Notes: generated from the letters alone by a model not told the origin. DNA of 64,000 bases from Candidatus Limnocylindrales bacterium (GCA_038248915.1 JBBRXB010000003.1:177416-241415); one strand, 5' to 3'. Positions 29,129 to 38,748 are shown, numbered from the stretch's first letter. Numbers and translations: made by a program.

Positions 29129-31345
29129 TCAGGCGTGGATGATGACGTCGATCGAGCCGCGCCGGCCGAGCAGCTCCGCGCTGGTCGAACCGCGCCAGCG
29201 ATGGACCAGCAGGTCGACCGAGTCGTCCCCGACCGGCAGCCCTGTGATGGTCAGCTTCGTGAGCCAGGGCGGGAGCGTCGGGCGGATGAGCTCGAGACGT
29301 CGGGCGCTGGCATCGGCCCGCAGCCCGAGCATCGTGTGAAGCAGGTAGAACGGCGCCGCGGCCGACCAGGCCTGGGGCGAGCAGGCGACCGGGTACGCGA
29401 CGGGCGCGCCGACCTCGCTGCGGTCGAACCCGCAGAAGAGCTCGGGGAGCCGCAGGTCCCCGAACCACTGGGCGGCCTCGATGAGCCGGCCGGCGATGAG
29501 GTTCGCACCATCGGCCGCGCCATTGGCCTTGAGACCGGCGGCGATGATCGCATTGTCGTGCGGCCAGATCGAGCCGGTGTGGTAGCCGACCGGGTTGTAG
29601 CCGGGCTGACCGGCCGCGAACGTGCGGACGCCCCAGCCGCTGAACATGTCCGGCTCGAGCAGCCGCTCCGTGACCCGGGCGGCTCGTTCGGTCGGGACGA
29701 TGCCCGTCCAGAGCGCCTGGCCGGCGTTCGACGCGATGCTGCCCACCTGTCGCTTCTGTCCGTCGAGCGCGATCGCGTAGAACCGGGCATCCGGCATCCA
29801 GAACGCGTCGTCGAATCGGGTCGTGAGTGTCTCGGCATCCGCCTCGAGGCGCGCCGCCAGCTCGTTCTCGCCGCGATGCCGAGCCAAGCGCGCCATCGAA
29901 CGCCGCGCGGCATAGGCATAGCCCTGCACCTCGGCCAGGGCGATCGGTCCCTCCGCCGGCCGGCCGTCCCGGTGGCGGATGGCGTCACCCGAATCCTTCC
30001 AGCCCTGGTTGAGGAGACCGAGCCGCGAGCGGCGCCGGTACTCGACGAACCCGTCGCCATCGAGATCGCCGAAATGCTCGATCCAGCCGAGGGCGGCCAG
30101 CGCGTTCGGCCACAGCCGGTCGAGCAGGGCGTCGTCGCCGGTCCAGGCGTGGGTCTCGCCGAGCAGGATGAGCCACAGCGGCGTCGAATCGACGCTGCCG
30201 TAGTAGGCGTCGTGAGGCGTCTCACCGGCCCGGGCCATCTCGCCGTCGCGCAGTTCGTGCAGGATCTTGCCCGGTTCCGCATCGTGCCACGGGTCGTCCG
30301 TGGTGGCCTGGAGCCGGGCCAGGACGCTCAGGGTGGCGACGGCCAGCGACGGGATGAAGGCGACGGTCTCGAGGGCGGCGATGATGCTGTCACGTCCGAA
30401 CAGGGTGGCGAACCACGGGATCCCGGCGGCGAGGTACTGCTCACCCTTGTGCGGACCGTCGTTATGGAGCGCCCCGAGGTCGGTGACGCTGCGGACCAGG
30501 GTCCGGTCCAGCAGCTCGTGATCGGAGCGCACCGTGGGCACCTCGAACCGCGGCTCTGGCTCGGGCGGTGGGGCCGGGCGCTTCGATGCCGCGCTCGTGA
30601 CCCTGGCCGGCCTGGCCGCCAGGTCCGCCGCCTCGTCGGTCACCGTCCACTCGATGGTCAGTCGCTTGCCCGGGTCCAGCCGGGCCGCCCATCGCGCGAC
30701 GACACTCGCGCCCGGCCAGGCCTCGCGATCATCGGCCGCTTCGAGCGTCGCACCGGCGAGCGCGATGGTCGTCGTCCGACGCCGGCCGTCGAGCCCGTCG
30801 TATGGGCACACGATCCGGTCGTCGTACAACTCGATCGGGCAGAGCGTGCCGCGCTTCGTCCTCGGATAGCCGCGAACCTCGAAGATGTCGGCCATGTCCA
30901 CGCCGAGCCCGAGCGCGATGTCGAGCGCCTCGGTCGTGCCTGAGTAGCTCTCGATGAGCACCTGTTCGCGCAGGCCGTCGAGGACCCGGCGCGTCCGGGT
31001 GATGCTCAGCTCACGCCGGGCGAGGCTCGGCGCCGCGGCGTGCTTGTCGGCCGGGTTGCGTCGCATCTCCGGATTGGTCAGCTGGATCGTGTCCGCGCCA
31101 TCCTCTCGGTACGGCCCGCGCAGCAGGGTCAGCTGTGCGCCGTTCAGCCGCAGGATCGAGGCCGACAGGATGCGCGTGTCGAGGTGGTACAGGCCGAGGC
31201 CGCGACCGTCGGGCCGGATGTCGCCACGCGGATCGGTCAGGAGGTAGTGGTTGCCCTCCTTGGCGACCTCGACGTTGCCGAGATCCGTCGCGGGGATGAT
31301 CGGCTCGGACCGGGCCGCGATCGTACGTGGCGCGCTGTCGGGCAT
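29129..31345 (-). CDS. Amylo-alpha-1,6-glucosidase / glycogen-debranching-like glycoside hydrolase
   Basis: GLY..DTR.LS, ADIFEVRG, AAGIPWFATLFGRDS, EPGKILHELR, YYGSVDSTP, NQGWKDS, YHTGSIWPHDN, LPELFCG, ACSPQAW. Confidence 0.92.
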   Translation of the reverse strand: MPDSAPRTIAARSEPIIPATDLGNVEVAKEGNHYLLTDPRGDIRPDGRGLGLYHLDTRILSASILRLNGAQLTLLRGPYREDGADTIQLTNPEMRRNPADKHAAAPSLARRELSITRTRRVLDGLREQVLIESYSGTTEALDIALGLGVDMADIFEVRGYPRTKRGTLCPIELYDDRIVCPYDGLDGRRRTTTIALAGATLEAADDREAWPGASVVARWAARLDPGKRLTIEWTVTDEAADLAARPARVTSAASKRPAPPPEPEPRFEVPTVRSDHELLDRTLVRSVTDLGALHNDGPHKGEQYLAAGIPWFATLFGRDSIIAALETVAFIPSLAVATLSVLARLQATTDDPWHDAEPGKILHELRDGEMARAGETPHDAYYGSVDSTPLWLILLGETHAWTGDDALLDRLWPNALAALGWIEHFGDLDGDGFVEYRRRSRLGLLNQGWKDSGDAIRHRDGRPAEGPIALAEVQGYAYAARRSMARLARHRGENELAARLEADAETLTTRFDDAFWMPDARFYAIALDGQKRQVGSIASNAGQALWTGIVPTERAARVTERLLEPDMFSGWGVRTFAAGQPGYNPVGYHTGSIWPHDNAIIAAGLKANGAADGANLIAGRLIEAAQWFGDLRLPELFCGFDRSEVGAPVAYPVACSPQAWSAAAPFYLLHTMLGLRADASARRLELIRPTLPPWLTKLTITGLPVGDDSVDLLVHRWRGSTSAELLGRRGSIDVIIHA

Positions 31346-31445
31346 GCACTGACCTCCGATGGGTGGACCACCATGGTCGCCCGCCGGCGGCGACCTTGTC
31401 GACACCGGCGCTGCGGGCATCCTTGCACAGGGTGTGCCGGACCGA

Positions 31446-31467
31446 TGTCACGCGGCTGCAACGCGGG
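31446..31467 (+). promoter_or_regulatory. 11-bp-period direct repeat (candidate OmpR/PhoB-type box)
   Basis: TGTCACGCGGC TGCAACGCGGG in the divergent spacer between the hydrolase and the AI-2E gene. Confidence 0.5.
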
Positions 31468-31564
31468 CGCCCGGCCGACCAGCCGGCGCGTGATGACGTT
31501 CCATCCATCGTCCGTCCATGCCGCTGCCGCCGCCCGTATCGTCGCGTCCGGAGAGCGTGCCCTG

Positions 31565-32698
31565 ATGCGAAGCGACATCTCTCCGTGGACGATCCGGGGC
31601 GCCGGGTTCGCGCTCGGCGTCGCGATCGTCGTCGGACTGCTGGCACTCGGTTTCGCGGCCGGCAACGTCCTGCTGTTGTTGTTCATCGCGATCCTGCTGG
31701 GATCCGCGCTCGAGCCGATCGTCGGCCTGATCCGAGATCGACTGCCGCTGGGGCGTGGGGCGACGATCCTCATCGTCTACCTCGGGTTCTTCGCGACCGT
31801 GGTCGGGCTGGCCTTCATCGTGGTTCCGGCGGCGATCCCCCAGGGCGCCACGATCGTGGCCAGCCTGCCGGCCTTCTTCGACAAGGCCAGGGCCTGGGCA
31901 GACACCCTGCGCCCGGCCATCCTGGGCGAGTCCGTCAACGCGCTGATCGACTCCGTCGCGGCCGTCGCGAAGCCGCCGGCGGCCGCCCCGGACTCGAACG
32001 AGGTCGTTCAGGTCGGTACCGCTGCCGCGGAGGTCGCCGTCACGCTGGCGACGTTGCTGACACTGGTCTTCTTCTGGCTCGTGGAGCACGCCCGCCTGCA
32101 GCGCTATCTGCTGGCCTACCTGCCCGCGGACCGGCGTGGCAGCGCCCGCGACGCGTGGAACGGGATCGAGACCCGCCTGGGTCTGTGGGTCCGCGGCCAG
32201 CTGATCCTGATGGGCGCGATGGGGCTCGCGACGGGAATCGCCTATACCCTGCTCGGCCTGCCCGGCGCGCTGCTGCTCGGTCTCATCGCAGCCCTGACCG
32301 AGGCCATCCCGATCGTCGGCCCATTGCTCGGGGCGATCCCGGCCGTGCTCGTGGCAGCCACCGTGTCACCCGAGCTCGCGCTGACCGTGGCCGGCGTGTA
32401 CGTGATCCTCCAGCTCGTCGAAGGGAGCGTGCTCGTCCCGATGGTCATGCGCAACACGATCGGGATCTCGCCGCTGCTGGTCCTGCTCAGCCTGTTGATC
32501 GGCGGGGCGGTGGCAGGGCTGGTCGGAGCGTTCCTGGCGGTGCCGGTGGCCGCCTCCGTGGAGATCGTCCTGTCGCGACTCCAGGCCCGTGCGGCCCCGG
32601 TCGCCCAGGATCCGACAGCGATCGAGACGCCCGACGACGAGACCCGTGAGGGCTACGAACGCTCCCTGCCGGACGCTGGCGGGGCTGCCGCCGGCTGA
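31565..32698 (+). CDS. AI-2E family transporter
   Basis: LEP.V, W.RGQL, EAIPIVGP, QLVEG..L.P, GAFLAVPVAA motifs. Confidence 0.9.
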   Translation: MRSDISPWTIRGAGFALGVAIVVGLLALGFAAGNVLLLLFIAILLGSALEPIVGLIRDRLPLGRGATILIVYLGFFATVVGLAFIVVPAAIPQGATIVASLPAFFDKARAWADTLRPAILGESVNALIDSVAAVAKPPAAAPDSNEVVQVGTAAAEVAVTLATLLTLVFFWLVEHARLQRYLLAYLPADRRGSARDAWNGIETRLGLWVRGQLILMGAMGLATGIAYTLLGLPGALLLGLIAALTEAIPIVGPLLGAIPAVLVAATVSPELALTVAGVYVILQLVEGSVLVPMVMRNTIGISPLLVLLSLLIGGAVAGLVGAFLAVPVAASVEIVLSRLQARAAPVAQDPTAIETPDDETREGYERSLPDAGGAAAG

Positions 32699-32711
32699 GG
32701 TCCGGAGCGGC

Positions 32712-33491
32712 CTAGCCCAGCGCGGCGACGGCGATCCCGCGCGAGCGGGTCCGCGGGCCGATCTCGGCGGCTCGACGCCAGTCGGCCAGCCGGCTGCTCG
32801 AGCTGAGGTCGGCGATCGGGGTCAAGTCGATGATCGTGGCCGGGTCGGCCGCCTCAAGACGATGGCCTGGCGGCCCGGCCGGGCAGTGGAAGATCTCGCC
32901 CTTCGAGAGGATCTCGACGTCGTCCTCCCATTCGATGGCCAGCCGCCCCTCGGTCACCAGGCCCCAATGCGGGGCATCGCACCAGCCCGACGTGTAGCCA
33001 CTGCGTTCGCCCATCCGGATGCGGGTCATGACGTAGGCCGACATCGGCCAGGATTCGGTTCGGATCTGCCCGGCGGCCACCCGCTGCGACGGGATCGCCG
33101 GGACGACGCTCGCGGACGTCGAAACCGAGACCAGCTCGAAGCCCTGGGCGATCAGCGACTCGTCGCTGACCTCCGCCTCGGATTCCACCGGCTGGAACCC
33201 GGCCACGAGGGCGGATCCGGCAGTCTCGAAATGGTGCTCCGGTCGACCGGCGGGGACATGGAACGCGCGACCGGCCGGAATGGCTAGACGGCGACGGGCG
33301 GTGACGAACGTCAGCTCGCCCTCGATCACGAAGCCCCAGTGCGATCGGGTGCAGGGCTGCTCGAGCGAGGTGTCGGCCGAGCCACGGTCGGGGATCTCCG
33401 CCAGCACATAGGCCATCGAGCCGAGCATGGCGAACCGGATGGCGAGGCCATCCTGCCTGATGGCCCGAAGGTCGACGGGCGCGACATGCAT
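32712..33491 (-). CDS. Bicupin of unknown function
   Basis: Two repeats: CTRSHWGFVIEG...FHVPAG.PEH and CDAPHWGLVTEG...FHCPAG.PGH; GGGAG SD. Confidence 0.75.
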   Translation of the reverse strand: MHVAPVDLRAIRQDGLAIRFAMLGSMAYVLAEIPDRGSADTSLEQPCTRSHWGFVIEGELTFVTARRRLAIPAGRAFHVPAGRPEHHFETAGSALVAGFQPVESEAEVSDESLIAQGFELVSVSTSASVVPAIPSQRVAAGQIRTESWPMSAYVMTRIRMGERSGYTSGWCDAPHWGLVTEGRLAIEWEDDVEILSKGEIFHCPAGPPGHRLEAADPATIIDLTPIADLSSSSRLADWRRAAEIGPRTRSRGIAVAALG

Positions 33492-33579
33492 GCCTGGACT
33501 CCCTCGGGTCGTTGATGCCTGTCGTGAGTCTGGGGGTCCCGCAGTATATCCCCGTTCCTGCGACGACCCTCGCGCGTGT

Positions 33580-33600
33580 TGCGATGGAGGTGCAACCTCT
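33580..33600 (+). promoter_or_regulatory. 11-bp-period direct repeat (candidate OmpR/PhoB-type box)
   Basis: TGCGATGGAGG TGCAACCTCT between the divergent bicupin and kinase genes. Confidence 0.4.
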
Positions 33601-33745
33601 CCCGGATGCCCGCCACGCTGGCCGAAACCGCCTCCGTGGTCCAGTACTGGAGTGGTGGACGGCCTCCGGGCAGCCGACCGCGTCCGGTACCTATGATCGA
33701 GGCCGTGCCATCTTGCAGCCTGAACGCCGCACCGCTACCCCGGCC

Positions 33746-35212
33746 ATGAACGCGCCGCCCACGCGGACCGAGCCGGGCGCTCCACCCGACCGGCTGCTGG
33801 CGGACGTGATCCTCGATGCCGTCGTCGAAGCCATCCTCGTGTTCGACCCCGTGACGCGCCTGATCGGCGAGACCAATCGTGGAGCGTGTGAGCTGACCGG
33901 TCGCGACCGCGACGACCTGATCGGGCGAGCGGTCGACGATCTGTTCCAGCCGGTCGAGGCGGCTCGGCTCGCCAGCGTCGTCGAGTCGCTCGTGGCCGGG
34001 CGGCGCGATGTCGCCACCGTCATGACTGAGGTCCGGCCGCCGACTGGCACGTCCATCTCTGTAGAGCTCGTGATCCAGCGGGTCGAGCTGCCCGGCGGCG
34101 CGAGCGCGATGGTCGCCATCGCGCGCGACATCCGTGAACGGATCGAGGCCCAGGTCCGCCTCCAGCGGCTGGCCCAGGCCGAGCATTCCCGGGCAGCCGA
34201 GCTCAACGCGGTCATCCGGGCGATGGGCGAGGCGGTCGTCGTTTGCGCGGCCGACGGGACCGTGAGCCTGGCCAACCCCGCGGCCGATCGCCTCTTCCCG
34301 GACATCGCGGGCCAGACCTACACCGCCATCATCGCCCGCCTGCAGGACCGCGACGGGACCGCGCCGCGCCTGGGTACGCCCGGCGGCCCGGTCGAGCTCC
34401 AGATGCGCACCGACCCGGTTCGCTGGGTCGAGATCGCCACGTACTCGGTCAACGTCGGGATCGGCCTGGCGACGACGGGCGAGGAGACCATCGTGGTCAT
34501 GCGCGACGTCACTGAAACGCGCCGCCGGGAGGCCGTCCGCGAGACGTTCATCGGGGTCCTGTCGCACGAGCTGCGGACCCCGGTCACGACCATCTTCGGT
34601 GGCGCGAAGCTGCTGGCTCGTGAGCGCACGACCCTCGACGAGGACACCCGGCGCGGCATCTTCCAGGATATCTACGAGGAGGCAGAGCGGCTGCAGCGGC
34701 TGGTCGAGGACGTCGTCGCGCTCAACCGCTTCGCCGAGGAAGGCGGCGAGATCGGCTGGGAGCCGGTCCTGCTGCAACGGCTCGTGCCCCGCGTCGTCCA
34801 GTCCGAGAAGGACCGTTGGCCGGGCGTGACATTCGTCCTGGATATCGCCAGCGCGATGCCGACCGTGACCGCCGATCCGACCTATGTCGAGCAGGTCGTG
34901 CGCAACCTGCTGTCCAATGCGGCCAAGTACGGTGGGTCCGGATCGACCGTGACGCTGGTCGCGTCGCCGGGCGACGGCGAGGTCCTGGTCCGCGTCCTCG
35001 ATGACGGGCCGGGCTTTCCGGCCGAGGAGACCAACCGCTTGTTCGAGCTGTTCTACCGATCGCCGGGCACCGCGGGATCCGCCACCGGCGCCGGCATCGG
35101 CCTGTTCGTGTGCGCCCGCCTGATCGACGCGATGGGCGGACGGATCTGGGCCAGGCCGCGGACCGAGGGCGGTGCCGAGTTCGGGTTCGCCCTCAACGAG
35201 CTCGACGAGTAG
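33746..35212 (+). CDS. Cytoplasmic PAS-PAS sensor histidine kinase
   Basis: Two PAS domains (ending ARDI and MRDVT), H-box SHELRTP, N-box NLLSNAAKY, DDGPG, FELF, GAGIGL; no TM. Confidence 0.92.
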   Translation: MNAPPTRTEPGAPPDRLLADVILDAVVEAILVFDPVTRLIGETNRGACELTGRDRDDLIGRAVDDLFQPVEAARLASVVESLVAGRRDVATVMTEVRPPTGTSISVELVIQRVELPGGASAMVAIARDIRERIEAQVRLQRLAQAEHSRAAELNAVIRAMGEAVVVCAADGTVSLANPAADRLFPDIAGQTYTAIIARLQDRDGTAPRLGTPGGPVELQMRTDPVRWVEIATYSVNVGIGLATTGEETIVVMRDVTETRRREAVRETFIGVLSHELRTPVTTIFGGAKLLARERTTLDEDTRRGIFQDIYEEAERLQRLVEDVVALNRFAEEGGEIGWEPVLLQRLVPRVVQSEKDRWPGVTFVLDIASAMPTVTADPTYVEQVVRNLLSNAAKYGGSGSTVTLVASPGDGEVLVRVLDDGPGFPAEETNRLFELFYRSPGTAGSATGAGIGLFVCARLIDAMGGRIWARPRTEGGAEFGFALNELDE

Positions 35213-35297
35213 CCCGCCCCGAGCTGGAACACACCCGCAAGGTCGTGCCCCGGCCTTGGTCGTCCGCCCGCCGCTCGGCCGGGGCCACACTGCGGTC

Positions 35298-35779
35298 ATG
35301 GCAACGCCCGACAGCTCCGCCAGCCAGCCGAAGATCGCCCGAGACCCGCCCGTCGTGGTGGCGGTGACGACCGATGACGACCGCTACGCGCGCAGCCGGC
35401 AGATCGCGATGGAGCTGGCACGGTCCTCGGCGAGGCCCGGCCGACCGAGTGGTCCGCTGATGGGTCCGATCGCGTGGCACCGGCCGAGCTCGACGAGGAC
35501 GCACTCGAGGCCGCCGGTCGGGATGCGATCGCGGGCCAGATCGCCCAGGCGCGTGAGCTAGGCGTCGACGCCGCCGCGTGGCTGCCATCCGAGCCCGGCG
35601 CCGAAGCGCTCGGGGACTTCGCCGCCCGCCACGGTGCCGCGACCGTCGTCCTGCCCGAAGGCCTCGAGACCGAGGGCCGGGGGGAGCGTCTGCGCGCAGG
35701 TGCGACGGATCCGGGCGCCGCGGTTCGGGCCCGGTCGAACGCGCGAGTCGTGATCGTCCCCCGTCCCGTCGCGGAGTGA
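35298..35779 (+). pseudogene. Universal-stress-protein-like gene split across two frames
   Basis: One frame gives MATPDSS...VVVAVTTDDDRYARSRQIAMELA; another continues VLGEARPTEWSADG...ARELGVDA.AW...ALGDFAARHGAATVVLP...ARVVIV; shift near 35420. Confidence 0.55.
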
Positions 35780-35780
35780 C

Positions 35781-36776
35781 CTAGAGCCAGTGCCGGGCTC
35801 GGGCCACCAGCAGGATGGTCACGGCGAACACGGCCATCGCCGCGATGACGAACCAGAAATTCTCCGGGTCGCTGAAGAACGGTGGCTGGAAGTTCATCCC
35901 CATCACCCCGGCCAGGACGACCGCCGGGAGGAAGACCGCGGACACGAGCGTCAGGCGTTTCATGACGTCGTTGGCGTCCTGGGCCGCCCTGCCCATGTGG
36001 ATGTCGAACGTGCCCAGGAGCAGCTCGCGCAGGTTCGTGACCGCGTCGAGCGCACGATCCAGCCGATCGGTCAAACCCGGCCACGGACGCCCGAGCTCCT
36101 CGTGGAGCTCCATATCGGGACGGGCCAGGGCCGCAAAGGCGACGCGATGTGGGGCCAACGTCCGTCGAACAGCGCCGATCCTTCGTCGCAACGCGACGAT
36201 CCTGACCAGGACATCACCATCCGGCCGCTGGCGGAGAGCTCGCTCGTCCAGTCGGTCGATCTCGCGCTCGATCCCCTCGACCACCTCGAAGTAGCCGGCC
36301 AGCACCTCATCGGCGATCGCAGCGATGAAGCCGGCGGCATCGAGCGCGCCAAGCCGGGTCTCGCCCTCGGTCTCGGCATCGAACCGCGCCAGCGCCTCGA
36401 GCGGACCGTCGTGCACGGTCACGACCCAGTCCTTGCCACCGACCACGTCCAGCGGCGTGACCACGGGTTCACTCGCCACGTCGCCATCAGCCGGTTCGAC
36501 GGCGAGCAGGACCAGGTGGATGCGGTCCTCGTACTGGGTGAGGTCGGCGCGCTTGGCCGTGGCGGCCAGCCGGCGGACGAGCCCGTCATCCAGGCCGATC
36601 GCCCGAGCGGCTGCCTCGAGGTCGGTCGGCGCGCGCGAATCGAGATCGATCCACAGGAGGCGCCGGCTGTCGAGCCGGCCGAGCATGCCATCGGCCAGCT
36701 CGACCTCACGATCGACCCCGTCTGCGTCGTAGAGGCGCGCCCGCGGTCCGCCCGTGGCCTCGGTCGTCGGGATCAA
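35781..36776 (-). CDS. corA: CorA family divalent cation (Mg2+) transporter
   Basis: LLWIDL, VVTVH, NDVMKRLT, FLP, GMN signature, two C-terminal TMs; probable TTG start overlapping the upstream TGA. Confidence 0.88.
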   Translation of the reverse strand: MIPTTEATGGPRARLYDADGVDREVELADGMLGRLDSRRLLWIDLDSRAPTDLEAAARAIGLDDGLVRRLAATAKRADLTQYEDRIHLVLLAVEPADGDVASEPVVTPLDVVGGKDWVVTVHDGPLEALARFDAETEGETRLGALDAAGFIAAIADEVLAGYFEVVEGIEREIDRLDERALRQRPDGDVLVRIVALRRRIGAVRRTLAPHRVAFAALARPDMELHEELGRPWPGLTDRLDRALDAVTNLRELLLGTFDIHMGRAAQDANDVMKRLTLVSAVFLPAVVLAGVMGMNFQPPFFSDPENFWFVIAAMAVFAVTILLVARARHWL

Positions 36777-36916
36777 CGGAATGCCGTCAGCAGGATCGCC
36801 ACGGCGATGGCCAGGACGGCGATCCCATACTGGAGGTTCTCCATCGCATGGTCGGCGCGGCGCCGTGTGGGCGCAAGCGGGATCGGACCTGGCAGTCGGC
36901 TCGGCTCGCGAAGCAT
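36773..36916 (-). CDS. Small single-TM protein (47 aa; 23 aa if it starts at 36844) coupled to corA
   Basis: AGGAG SD 10 nt before the ATG; C-terminal helix LQYGIAVLAIAVAILLTAFR; TTGA overlap with the corA start. Confidence 0.6.
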   Translation of the reverse strand: MLREPSRLPGPIPLAPTRRRADHAMENLQYGIAVLAIAVAILLTAFR

Positions 36917-37206
36917 CGATCGTGCACTCCTGGACGTGGGCCACGAGGGGTTGACCCTCGGAGCATCGCGTGCGCGCCGTCGCGCCGATATGCGCCGCAC
37001 GGAACGCGGCATCGCAGATGGCTTGCAGGCCGCGGTCACCGCCGGATCCTGCCCGCGGCGCTGACATTCCGTTGTTACGTCCGGAGCGATGGACGTTGTC
37101 CCGCCACGTGTTCGCACGTATGACATTTGAGGCCGGTCCCGACCCCGGGACCCATATGACCCCAGCAGGCGGGTGAGATGCCCGCAGTGGGGACGGAGGT
37201 AACCAG

Positions 37207-37485
37207 ATGAGCATCATCGCGTGGATCGTCGTCGGCGCCATCGCCGGCTATCTCGCCGGCTTCCTAGTCACGGGTGACGAGGGGCTTGGCGTCATCGGAC
37301 ACATCGTCCTCGGCATCGTGGGCGCCATCGTCGGCGGGTTCCTGGCTGGCGTCCTGACGGGCAACGACTACACGACCGGCATCAACATCCCGACCATCGT
37401 GGTCGCCGTCATCGGCGCCGTGATCACGGTCGTCGTGGTCGGCATGGTCACCGGTCGCAGCCGAGCGGGTCGCGGGTCGGTCTGA
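37207..37485 (+). CDS. GlsB/YeaQ/YmgE family stress-response membrane protein
   Basis: MSIIAWIVVGAIAGYLA...IVLGIVGAIVGG...VAVIGA; GGAGG SD. Confidence 0.92.
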   Translation: MSIIAWIVVGAIAGYLAGFLVTGDEGLGVIGHIVLGIVGAIVGGFLAGVLTGNDYTTGINIPTIVVAVIGAVITVVVVGMVTGRSRAGRGSV

Positions 37486-37495
37486 CCTGCGGATC

Positions 37496-37554
37496 CCCGA
37501 TGGCCCTGGGCCATCGGGACCACCCTCGAACGCCCACCGACAGGTGGGCGTTCG
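37496..37554 (+). terminator. Twin hairpins downstream of the GlsB-family gene
   Basis: CCCGATGGCCC-T-GGGCCATCGGG and CGAACGCCCACC-GACA-GGTGGGCGTTCG. Confidence 0.6.
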
Positions 37555-37604
37555 GCATGTCCGGGCCGATCGCGGCGTCGGATCGGCACCTGGCGGGGCG
37601 CGGC

Positions 37605-37778
37605 ACCGCCATGACGCTGCAACGCCCCGGGGCGCCCCAGCCGGTCTGCCCGCGACGTCGTGGGCGGCACGCTAACCCGAGTCGGCTCCCGTGCCACTGG
37701 GGGTCCGGGGGCCGACGATCTCCCACCGGCGGGCCGAGGGAACCGCGCGGGGCGACCGCAATGTCGCTGCAATGCGGA
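37605..37778 (+). promoter_or_regulatory. Two copies of an 11-bp-period direct-repeat box, 150 bp apart
   Basis: ACCGCCATGACGCTGCAACGC (37605) and ACCGCAATGTCGCTGCAATGC (37755), 18/21 identical. Confidence 0.55.
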
Positions 37779-37967
37779 AGCCATCCGGACTATCGGGTCT
37801 GCACCGGGGGCGCGGCGACCATGACCCACACATCCTTCGTATCGCCAGCCTGGACCGTCAGAGACGGGGCGGCCACAGGCTCATCGGACGACCCGGTCCC
37901 CTCCCCGGGTCGTCCGTCGCCTTTTCCGGCCCACGTTGTTCCGTCAGCTCGACACAAGGAGCAGGTC

Positions 37968-38360
37968 ATGACGATCAGGACATCCACCACGACCGAGACC
38001 GGACCCACCGACGCGACCGATGCGACCAGCCGGCGGGCGGTGATCGGCGACACGGTCGCTGACGTCGCATCCAAGGTCGGCAGCGCGGCCAACGAGGCGG
38101 CCACGAGGCTGCCCGATGTCGCCATGTCGACCCGGTCGGCCATCGAGAGCGCCGACCGCAGCGTCCAGGCGGCGAGCGACGACACCCTCGCGGCGTGGAG
38201 CGCGCTGTCGTTCGGGCTGGCCGGCGGGCTCCTGCTCGGGGGCGCCAATCGCCTCCTCGTGATCATCGCCATGTTCCCCGCGGCGATCCTGACCATGGTG
38301 CTGTTCGACAGGACCAGCCGGGTGCGCGTCCGTGGGACGCGGCGGATGCAAGGCGACTGA
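37968..38360 (+). CDS. Hypothetical tail-anchored membrane protein (ElaB/YqjD-like architecture)
   Basis: AAGGAG SD; Ala/Thr-rich helical N-terminus; C-terminal hydrophobic hairpin. Confidence 0.65.
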   Translation: MTIRTSTTTETGPTDATDATSRRAVIGDTVADVASKVGSAANEAATRLPDVAMSTRSAIESADRSVQAASDDTLAAWSALSFGLAGGLLLGGANRLLVIIAMFPAAILTMVLFDRTSRVRVRGTRRMQGD

Positions 38361-38460
38361 TAGCGCGGACCCAGGTGTCGCGTGACTCGCCGCGACATCC
38401 GCGCTCGTACCTTGGCGACACGGTCGCTCATCGCAGCGACGACCAGCGGAGGTTCGAACC

Positions 38461-38715
38461 ATGGGCGACGTGAAGGACACCTATCGCGAAGGCGAGCAGA
38501 CGGCCAAGGAGGCCGCGCGCAGGGCTGACGGCGAAAGCCTGAGCGACGACGTCGGCAACGCCGGCGACGAGATCCGCAAGCAGCTCGGCAACGCCGGCGA
38601 CGACGTGGACGACGCGGCCGGCGACACCGGCGCCAAGGAAGCCATGCGCCGCAGCGACGGCGACGACAGCCTGGCCGACAAGATCGGCAACGCCGGCGAC
38701 GACCTTCGCCGCTGA
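38461..38715 (+). CDS. Small hydrophilic repeat protein (LEA/CsbD-like)
   Basis: GGAGG SD; three GNAGD motifs and two KEA.RR.DG..SL.D..GNAGD units. Confidence 0.75.
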   Translation: MGDVKDTYREGEQTAKEAARRADGESLSDDVGNAGDEIRKQLGNAGDDVDDAAGDTGAKEAMRRSDGDDSLADKIGNAGDDLRR

Positions 38716-38748
38716 TCCCCGGGGCGACTCCGTCGCCCTCCCATCCAA

